Positions 54,206 to 64,000 of a stretch of DNA of 64,000 nt are shown piece after piece. Origin of the DNA: Eledone cirrhosa (Eukaryota); the NCBI GenBank assembly GCA_964016885.1, contig OZ024742.1:316386001-316450000 (forward strand). The letters run 5' to 3'. Positions within the stretch are counted from its first letter, which is position 1, and each line of letters begins with the position of its first letter. Both the position numbers and the translations under genes were made by a program. Under the pieces are notes generated by a model, which saw only the letters and a program-made list of their open reading frames with translations, was not told the DNA's origin and made no database searches.

Positions 54206-54262
54206 TATATATATATATATATATGAATTATAAGAATCAAAGAACTGTTCAAAACATTTTTA

Positions 54263-54309
54263 TGCTTACAACTGTTTCCTCCAAACCGAAGTTTGGATTC
54301 TTCGGAGCA
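54263..54309 (-). ncRNA. Hammerhead-like motif with CCGAAGA core and UUCG-capped stem II
   Basis: tgct-CCGAAGA-a tccaaac ttcg gtttgga g-GAAA-cagttg-TA-agca. Confidence 0.7.
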
Positions 54310-55122
54310 ATTTATTATTGAATGAACACTTATATGACCTCCTTTTCATCCAAGAGACATACAGATACATATGCAAATATTGTGGGTCAACATTCACTAC
54401 AGTATTTAGTGTGGCAGTACACATTTAGAGATTACATTCATATTAAAAGATACAATAAAAAATACAGGTTAAAATACAACATGAAAATTAAGCGGTTATA
54501 GAGTGCAATAGTTATACGTGTGGCAAACACGTGCGTCTTGTTTATATAGTGTGGCAGAGAGTTACGTGTAATAGAAGCACTTAAGCAGGTAATCAAGAGT
54601 GTTAAGGGTTGATCTGGTAATGAATTCTTTATATGATTGTTATAGCCTGTGCGGGGAGAAATAATATAAGCATTAAAAATAATGTAAGCATTAAAAATAT
54701 TGGAAATGCGTAGCGAAGCGATGATATGGATTTCATGCACTGCTGCATTTTCATATTCCGGGGAGCGTATTTTTCAGATTATATGCCCCTCACATAGTCC
54801 ACGACGATTCGATATTGGGCGTTTGACAATATTGAGCTATTTAACTTACTGGTAATAAGGTAGTAATATATTACTGCCTACCACTATTTAGGGTTTATAA
54901 AAATATATATAACTACAAAAGGTTTTTGTATTTGCATAACCATAAATAGTATACTTAATACTATATATATATATATATATATTTATTAAAATAACAGATT
55001 AAAGTTTAAGCAAAGAATCGGTGGTATTTTAATAAATATTTGCTCTACGGTTCTTATATATTTGATATATACTTATCCTTATCTAGCCCTCTTTGGATTT
55101 TAGTCTTCTAATTTATTATTAT

Positions 55123-55181
<59 letters not shown>

Positions 55182-55182
<1 letters not shown>

Positions 55183-55372
55183 GTTATTCCGGGTTGAATC
55201 GGAGGTAACCACAGTAAGTAAGGTACTCAATACATAGCAGAGTATAACAGTTTTAATATAGATGAGATTCTACAGGACTAGAACTGTTTCATTCATTAGA
55301 AATCATCAGAGATTCCTGATGATTTCTAATGAATGAAACAGTTCTAGTCCTGTAGAATCTCATCTATATTAA

Positions 55373-55378
<6 letters not shown>
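55182..55378. mobile_element. PLE 3'-end island with perfect ~60-bp-arm fold-back and hammerhead (55309-55361, plus)
   Basis: gagattc-CTGATGA-tttc taat gaat-GAAA-cag ttctagtc ctg-TA-gaatctc. Confidence 0.88.
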
Positions 55379-55408
<30 letters not shown>

Positions 55409-55426
55409 AACAGCACAATATAATTA

Positions 55427-55497
55427 TTCCACTACCCAAGGTTTCGCGAAGTTAGATGATCCTAACAGAAACGTCTGGTATCACTCATCATACAGAA
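55427..55497 (-). ncRNA. Degenerate hammerhead-like motif
   Basis: ttctgt-ATGATGA-gtga...tcgc-GAAA-cc ttg gg-TA-gtggaa; C3 is mutated and stem I is wobble-rich. Confidence 0.35.
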
Positions 55498-55584
55498 ATC
55501 TCTATTATATAATTAAATAGCTCTGTACTATACATAGAGCTTTCTTCTTTCCCCTACCTTTTCTACGGAAATACTTAACACACA

Positions 55585-55679
<95 letters not shown>

Positions 55680-55974
55680 GTATATATATATATATATAGA
55701 GAGAGAGAAAGAGAATTTGCGGTGCTGTGACCGAAGAGACCACAAATCATGTGAGTACTCAAAGCATATTTATATTGTATAATCGTTTACAACTTTACGT
55801 TTCTATTGGTTCCCTAACTTGAGCACTCGATGCATAGGTGGATCCGTTTTAGTATGTTATGTTGTGTTGTTCATTTGCTGTTATACTATGGACGGTCTCA
55901 TTTATTAGCAGAATGTTATTAACAAAAATGAGTAGGAACGAGGTGTGAAAGGATCATTATTAAGTTTATTTAAA

Positions 55975-56120
55975 ATGTGGATTGGCAGTATCGTTAGAGG
56001 GTCGGACGCCATGCTTTGCAGCATGGAGTTACGGGCCTTTACGCTCTGAGTTCAAATCCCCTGGAGGTTGACTTTGCCTTTCATCCTTACGGCGTCGATG
56101 AAATAAAGTACCAGTACTGC
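55975..56120 (+). mobile_element. SINE (further diverged copies near 56450-56710, 57715-57835, 58335-58410)
   Basis: Match to the SINE consensus. Confidence 0.85.
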
Positions 56121-58699
56121 GGACCGACACCTTTTCAGCTTTACAGAAGAAATCAAGTAGTGCGGAAACCAAGGACACCAGAGATCTCGACGGAGACCTT
56201 TGCAAAAAGGGAATATTCGGTGAGTCCCCGGTTATTGTTAATCCCATTGATAGGTAAGTCAATCGTCTTAAAGATGACCGCGAAGGTCATTTAAAGTCCA
56301 TCGTCACATCAACGAAAACTCAGTCCAATATGCTACCCCATTTTTTTATATGTGTTTGTGAGACTAAGGTGAGTAAGTCGAATGCGTGCAACAAAGTAGG
56401 CTCTTATACAGGTACACATTAGTGGCTATAAACCCGGTGACGGATTAAGCCCTTTACCCAAATAGGTCAAGGTGGCATTTGAACTCAGAACTCAACGAGA
56501 TAGAAGAAATACCACACGGAATCCCGTCTGATACACTGATACTTCTGCAAGTCTACCGCCCTAGATGGATACTTTTTTTCTCAACTCCGAAATGATGAAA
56601 GGCAAAGATTATCTTGGTGGATTTTGAACATAGAAAGCAACGAGCCAGAATAAACAACGCAAGGCAATTTGTGTGACGCTCTAATGCCTCAGCTAATTCA
56701 TTGCTTCGGCATTTGTGCTGATGATTGAATTAAAACATAAATGATGGCATGTGGATTTATCATTTCCGTAAAGGAACAGACAGTTTTGACCGGAGACACA
56801 AAATTATCTTCACTGAGATAAAATCTTTTTAATTTAGATTTTAATTTCTTCAGGAATTAATTGAAATGTCATCTAAGATTAATGTTATTTAATATTCTGA
56901 AAATTTCTTCAATTTGTTAATACAGTAAGAGCCTGTTCTGCCTTTTAGTATCATTCTCGAAGAAAAGAGCTTCTCCGTTCAAACCTATGAAGGGTATGGT
57001 GTTTTAAGAATTCATTTCAGATAAAATTTCAGTGATGTCAATAAAATATTTTGCGAGGACAGATCCCTGTGGTGCTTTTGCATATTTCAGCCACTCAACC
57101 ACGTTGCTTTAGAATTTTCTACTTAAGAAAATATAGTAATAACAAAATTAACAGTACATATATACAAATGAACAGCACTCTTTCAATGTAAAAAATAGTT
57201 GAGTAACATATCAAATAAAGAAATAAAGATGGTTAAAACAGAAATAATATTGTAGTTTTTTCATTCGAAATCATCAGAAATAGCACATAAATAAATTTGA
57301 TAGAAGTATGGATATAAAAGAAATTTCGGAGGTTGGGAGATAGTAAGTGACAACATCATAGAAATTACAAGAACTTGATAGAGGAAGCAAGGTATAGAAT
57401 ATAAAATTTACTATTTTCATAAACAATATATTAACAGAATAATCGCTATAAAAAAACATTTTATCTTTTCAATGATATTCTTATTTTTTATTTTCAACAC
57501 GTTAAGAATTTTAAGTTACTTTATACATTTTTCTGTTGTGTTTACAAAGAATTACGAAATACTTCATATAGAGTCTGTTATAGAAAAGTCAATGAGAATT
57601 TACCCCTATGGCTAACATGAATATTCTATCACATTACCGAAGGTACTTTCAAAGTAGTTTATGAATACCGTGTATTGATTTATTTGAACGATATACGTTT
57701 TGCTATGCACTGGCAGCAAATTGGCAGAGTCGTTAGAATGTCAGATGGAATGCTATGCAGTATTCGTTCTAGATTTGTTTGTTCTGGGTTCAAATTACGC
57801 TGACATCAACTTTGTCTTTCTAGGTCGATAAAAAAGAAAAAATCTAGGAGATGGGTTGCATTCTCCTCTATATCATTTTCTCACTTCTCACACACGTTCC
57901 CTCTTTCTATGGCTGTTGTGTTCAGACCTGGAGAAGGATGGGATTCACCACGTTTAAAATACCTAAGATACAGAGTCTATATATACATACATGTATCTGT
58001 TATACTTCTTAAATAATCCCCAAAACCAGGTCGTTTATAAAAAGCAGGCCGTTTTATGTCTATGATACATCAGTCTTATTTGACTTTGTGTCTCAAAATC
58101 CTTTACATATTTTATATTTATAAATAATAATAAAAAAATCGTAAACAAATCTATTTCAAATAAACACTACAGATATTAAACAACAGAAAATGAATGGAAG
58201 GGCAAGGGCTCTAGGGTCACAGAATTCTTCTTCTTCTTCTTCTTCTTCTTCTTCTTCTTCTTCTTCTTCTTCTTCTTCTTCTTCTTCTTCTTCTTCTTCT
58301 TCTTCTTCTTCTTCTTCTTCACATGAAGCGTCAATAAGTACTGGGGTCGAATTAATCGACTTTCACCTTGAAATTGCTGGCCCTGTGCCTAAAATAGAAA
58401 CAATTATTATTAGTATTATCATTATTACTATATTGTTGTTACTTTGATAGCTGGTGAATTCAAAATCCATTATTCACACAAAGATGTATGGTTTGGAGGG
58501 TTTGGATATATAACATCGTATATTGATGTGTGAATGTGTGTATATACATATAGAAGGGGTGTAAAAGTATATAAAGAATAATTTATATTAAATGGAATAA
58601 GCCAATTTTGTTTTTATACATGCCACACGAATTCCTGTTTTGATTTAAAGGGCTCTTTGTAGTATGTGTGCACTGTTAATAAATAGTATTGTATACATA

Positions 58700-59450
58700 T
58701 CCTGTAGTGAGAGTTCAGCTAAAATGTTCTAAATGGCTAAAATGTTCCTCACGTTTGTTTCTTAACATTGGGCATAGTTTGCATAATCTTGTAATATGTA
58801 AAGTCAGCATGGGGGATCATTAGCAATTGTAAGTGCTAGGAATTTTGAAGGGTATGGTCGTGTGTAGGTCATGAACAGTTTTTAGTCATATTCCTTAATA
58901 TGCATAAGAAACGGATTTTCAAGTATGTTAAAGCATATTGTAGAGGAAAGCCTGAGTGGTAACATGATTTTACATGTTAAAGGAGTAGTAAAGAGTGACT
59001 ATATGCCAGCACATGATGTGCAATCAAACACACAAAGCTCGAATGTCAATAATCTACAGGATGAAGAGTCTTGGAGACAAGTATTTACGTCATACTAAAT
59101 GTTGACATTAAACAATACATGTGAAAACTTTCTCCAAAAGATCAAAGCTAGACAATTTAGTTAGAGACAGCATTTGCACTAAACAGGGTTTTATTACAAC
59201 CTACTGCAAGGGGATAGGCTCCTTTATAGAACAGCATTGACACCCCAAATCATAACCATCTAACATTTACACTTCCAGAATATCAACTATAATGAAGACA
59301 GACATAAATAGCCATCAGCTACATTATATAAATCCACACTCTTCTGTGAGTATCACTGCTGCCTGTCAGTATAAAGTTTCAGGAGAAACCATCTATTCAA
59401 AGACATATAGCAATCGTCATTCACACTTGAGAAGGTTCCTGAAACCAAGG
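58700..59450 (-). pseudogene. Possible Helitron Pif1-helicase fossil
   Basis: Ordered weak motifs AAVILTEEC, GVNAVL, WRKFSH on the minus strand. Confidence 0.3.
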
Positions 59451-59610
59451 TTTCTCACACACACTGACACACAAATATACACATATAGATGTGTATATAC
59501 ATTCATATATACTCATACAGCACACATACACACCCACACGTACATATACACCCACACTCACAGACTCACACACATATATATACATATATACATACTCATA
59601 CAGCACACAT

Positions 59611-59674
<64 letters not shown>

Positions 59675-60196
59675 TAAGGGGGTCGGATGCATATGTTCCT
59701 GTCAGTGAGAGCGTGTGTGTTTGTGTGCATGTGCATATATATAGATATATAATCAGTCACGTACAAACACATAGACAGGCACAGATGCTGTCAGTTGTAT
59801 CTATTCACCGTGAAGATTTTATTAATCTTAATTAAAGATTCTCACACATAATAAATATATGTGAGAAATAAGAAGAAAATTATACTTCTGTGTGAAACGA
59901 TTCGCAGAGATATATTGGAACCAATATACTGTTTTTATATATGTGTCTGTGCTGACCAAACACGCACACGCACGCACATGCACATGCACACACACATGCA
60001 CGTACATACTCACACACAAGCTCGTACACGCACACATTGGTGTACATGGGGACTGTGTATCAAAAACAAGATAATGTTTTTACATTTTATATATGTATTT
60101 ATATATATATATATATATACACATATATTTACATATATATGCATATTCATATATATATATATATAAATTATATATATATATATATGAATTATATAT

Positions 60197-60267
<71 letters not shown>

Positions 60268-61863
60268 CATATATATATATATATACGTGTGTTATATCGT
60301 AACTAATTGTGTCTATGAAGTCGATTAGGAAAATTACAGCAGAGTAATATTTATTTGGAGACAGACAAATAACCGTTATCATTTATCAGTCTCCCAACTA
60401 ATGGTGACAATACAGGGTCATATATGTTTAGTATTGCTTTGCGCAATTATATTACTAATATTCATAAAAGAAAATATTCATGCTTCTGTTCCTTCTTCGG
60501 TAGCCAATTTCGTGTAAGTCTATGTATATGCTATGTTGACAGTATATTATATATATTAGCTGTAGGTTTTTGTTTTTTGAAGTTTTTCAATCTGCAAAAT
60601 TGATCTTTTACAGAACATTAAGGCAACTCGGTCCAGTGAATAAACATTCCTCTGATATTGTGAATCATTGTGAATAGCAGAATTTACTTTCATTATTGAA
60701 TTTATGAGCTTATCCTCTAATGTGGAGAGTCATTCTTCAATCATACCCTTATGTATATCTTATTATCATAAGTATACATTCCTTTTTAAAACAGCATGTT
60801 ATGCTTTAAGAGACTATGCTTTAAGAGACATTTCACTCCTATTTTTAACTGGAAATGTGATGGTATACAGGTGGCATTCTATATTTGTGTAAGAACTGAA
60901 AAATTAGCAGAGGTAAAATTTACGACAGTGATGGAATCTAATGTAATGAAATTAATGACCGTGAAGGCGAGTATCTTAGTGGTTAGAGAGTTTGATTCGC
61001 AATCGTAAGGTTGCGAGTTCAATTCTCGGACAGGGTGATGCGTTGTGTCCTTGAGCAAGACACTTTACTTTCACGTTGCTCCTTCTGTCAGGAGTTACGA
61101 CCGGTAGATAGTATCAGCAATGGAAATACCAATGGAAACATTGTTTCCTTGGTCCGAATTGATCAGTCCACTCCACTCGGCAAGCGAATGGGATCTGGGA
61201 ACTTGTCGATCGACCAGAGTGAGCGATTAGTGCTAACAATCTCAATATTTGCACATCTCGTCTTCAACAGTTTCAACCAAAATTCCTTTAACTGGTAAAT
61301 AATGGTGTAAAGACCGCACTAACCATGATCTAATAGGTATTTATTTTGGGTGTTTTGTAAATGTTGTATGTTATATGCTAATATGTTAGGGACTGATCTA
61401 GATTATGATTTGCTTTTAATTTGTTTCCAATACTTCAGTCAATTTTCTTTCGTTATGTGACTGACACTTAAAATTTTACTGAACACTTTATACTCTTCTA
61501 ATTTCTGGAGAAACCTTTGACTTTCTATTAGCTGTATGATATTCATGCATTGTGTGAATAGATTTTATTACGTACATATGATACAGTCAACCGCTTGGAT
61601 CAATGGGGTTGTTAAAGTTAAAATTGACGTTCAATCTGCCTGAAGCCAAGAGGCTCCCGTTTCAGATCTTATGCATGTTTCATTGGCATTAAACAACTGA
61701 GAGTACAATACTTCACCATAAAGTGTCCAAATGGAGCAATGCGAAATGTAATGGCCTGCTACTGAACAGAGCGTACTGCTTGGTTACGAGTTCGAACAGT
61801 TGACTTTAGGATCGTGATTCCGAAATACCAAATCCTAGTTCGCGTGCCTTTCCCATATATATA

Positions 61864-61944
<81 letters not shown>

Positions 61945-61997
61945 TAATAAATGAACAGGGAACAAAAAACAGAGAGGCAGTACAAATGATATTGTTC

Positions 61998-62099
<102 letters not shown>

Positions 62100-62177
62100 A
62101 AATATATATATATAAACAGAACTTGAACCGTTAAGGTCTGATTCCTGGGTATGTCACTATTTATAAAACAAACTCTG

Positions 62178-62238
62178 TATTTTATCTGATGAGAGCGTAC
62201 CAAAGTTTTGGTACCCTTGAAATATATATAATAGAATA
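62178..62238 (+). ncRNA. Type-I hammerhead ribozyme in an island between (TA)n tracts
   Basis: tattttat-CTGATGA-gagc gtaccaaa gt tttggtac cctt-GAAA-tatata-TA-atagaata. Confidence 0.8.
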
Positions 62239-62279
62239 AATATGGTTTTATAAAGATAGTTTCCATTTATTAATATCAT

Positions 62280-62340
<61 letters not shown>

Positions 62341-62345
<5 letters not shown>

Positions 62346-62537
62346 CAAACAAGGTGTGGTAAGATACCAGGTGGACCATAACGCACCAGAGTACTCGATA
62401 CTTAGAGTGGGTAATATGAAAAGAGTCAGGACTCCGACGGCTGAGCTCCGGCCGTTTCGACATCTAGATTCGAACAGTTCGGATATAGCTATCAAAATGG
62501 CCGGATATCAGCCGTCGAGGTCCTGACTCTTTTCATA
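62341..62537 (-). mobile_element. PLE 3'-end island with imperfect fold-back (family of 22248-22445)
   Basis: ggaccataacgcaccagagtactc is shared with the reverse complement of 22391-22414; arms ~62414-62460 and 62491-62537. Confidence 0.82.
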
Positions 62538-62539
62538 TA

Positions 62540-62576
<37 letters not shown>

Positions 62577-62582
<6 letters not shown>

Positions 62583-63295
62583 GTAATCTGAGTTTTTCGA
62601 ATATTAATGATAACATTCGATTCGTTTGCAATTATGAAAATAAGCCTCATTTTTAAAGCCATGTCAGTAGAATGAACGCTTCATTCTTGCTCTTGTGTTG
62701 GTATGTAAACAGAACTGGAGACACTAATGTTTCTGGGTATCACCCTTCATCAGTACAGCTCACTATTCACCTGCCAATTGTCAGAGCTGGTGAAAATATA
62801 TGCTATTTTCTAAAATATACACTGACTGATCGGCCTGATTTACATATTAGCAGACTGGCTGATGAGTCAGATCTGCTTATTAGCGGATCCACTGATCAGG
62901 CAGATTTGCATACCAGCAGACTGAACAGTCAGTTTCCTGTATACGGGCGATAAATGGCCGGCTTTGCCACATTCAAATAAATAAATAAAAATTTCGCTCT
63001 ACATGGCTGAGTACAATAAATGTAATCTGAGTTTTTCGAATATTAATAATAACATTCGATTCGTTTGCAATTATGCAAACAAGCCTCATTTTTAAAGCCA
63101 TGTCAGTAGAATGAACCCTTCATTCTTGTTCTTGTGTTGGCATATAAACAGAACTGACTGCAGACACTAATGTTCTGGGTATCACCCTTCATCAGTACAG
63201 CTCACTGTTAGCGGATCCACTGATGAGCCAGATTTGCATATCAGTAGACTGGCCAGTCAGTTTCCTGTATTCGAGCCACATTCAAATAATAAAAA
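62577..63295 (-). repeat. Tandem pair of non-coding units (period ~440 bp) with hammerheads at 62712-62761 and 63158-63203
   Basis: Minus strand gagctgta-CTGATGA-a gggt gat accc a-GAAA-cattagtg-TC-tccagttc. The second copy has lost one A of GAAA. Confidence 0.85.
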
Positions 63296-63303
63296 AAATG
63301 TTT

Positions 63304-63339
<36 letters not shown>

Positions 63340-63343
<4 letters not shown>

Positions 63344-63567
63344 CAATCTGGCAGCTTAAGGACACAACCCAGGAATATGGGATTAGCTACTCGAAATTAT
63401 CGGGAGCAAGGGCCTACAATAATGGAATGTGCCACTGCGGACTTTGCAATATGGAGCTGTTCCATATTTTAAAGTATGATAAAATGCTGCTTAACAACAA
63501 AATAGAACGATCAATTTTCTGTACACACAAAGCAGCTAACAAGTTCAACAACTTCAAACCAGTATGA
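63340..63567 (+). pseudogene. PLE GIY-YIG C-terminal fragment; element continues to the window end
   Basis: IWQLKDTTQEYGISYSKLSGARAYNNGMCHCGLCNMELFHILKYDKMLLNNKIERSIFCTHKAANKFNNFKPV*, colinear with 23790-24008. Confidence 0.88.
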
Positions 63568-64000
63568 TTCGATCTAGCAATATCAGAATTCAAGCAGAAC
63601 CACCCAGATTTTAATGTACTGACTTCATATAACCCCACTGTTATTAGCTGTCAACTGACCAACTGGTCACTAAATCAATATAATAAATCTCCCAACCTTT
63701 CTTTCAATCTCTCTCCCTAAAGCCACATTATCCCCATTAAGATAAAACAATCAGCCTGCCGGACATTAACCACGCATATATCAACACTACTCCTCTTAAT
63801 TGTTATTCTCTATCTACCAATCTACTCATTCCCCGTCCTTAGCCCTACCCCTTATGTCTCATCCTCGTATCACCACCCCCACTCTCTGTCTCCTGTCTTG
63901 TATCTCTTCCACTCTCACTTAAATTTTATTTATTATTTTTAATCTTTTATCTGTTATTTGTTACTATTTGTTTTTACTGTAATCGTCTGAAATTTGAGAA

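Overview
This is AT-rich, microsatellite-dense eukaryotic DNA. It looks like a cephalopod/Octopus genome, inferred from the SINE families and (TA)n/(CA)n density. I found no convincing host gene, and most predicted ORFs are microsatellite artefacts. The window is almost entirely transposon-derived. It contains a near full-length L1/Tx1-clade LINE plus a truncated relative at one (GATA)n site, and three Penelope-like element (PLE) coding remnants (RT and/or GIY-YIG). It also has R4- and RTE-type RT fragments, about 20 copies of one tRNA-derived SINE, DNA-transposon MITEs, and probable Helitron and piggyBac fossils. The most striking signal is in the small unique islands between (TA)n tracts. 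They belong to about a dozen unrelated sequence families, yet share one design. Most carry a type-I hammerhead ribozyme (stem I-CUGANGA-stem II-GAAA-usually palindromic stem III-UH-stem I'). Many have a shared TWGAGTRCT-like motif about 40-65 nt from the 3' end, and a head-to-head inverted architecture whose junction often lies in or beside the ribozyme. Two families form ~430-440 bp ribozyme-bearing tandem arrays resembling retrozymes. Some ribozymes have recurrent non-canonical cores (A9G+G12A; U4C) or very long stem II. All structures were read by eye; element boundaries are approximate.
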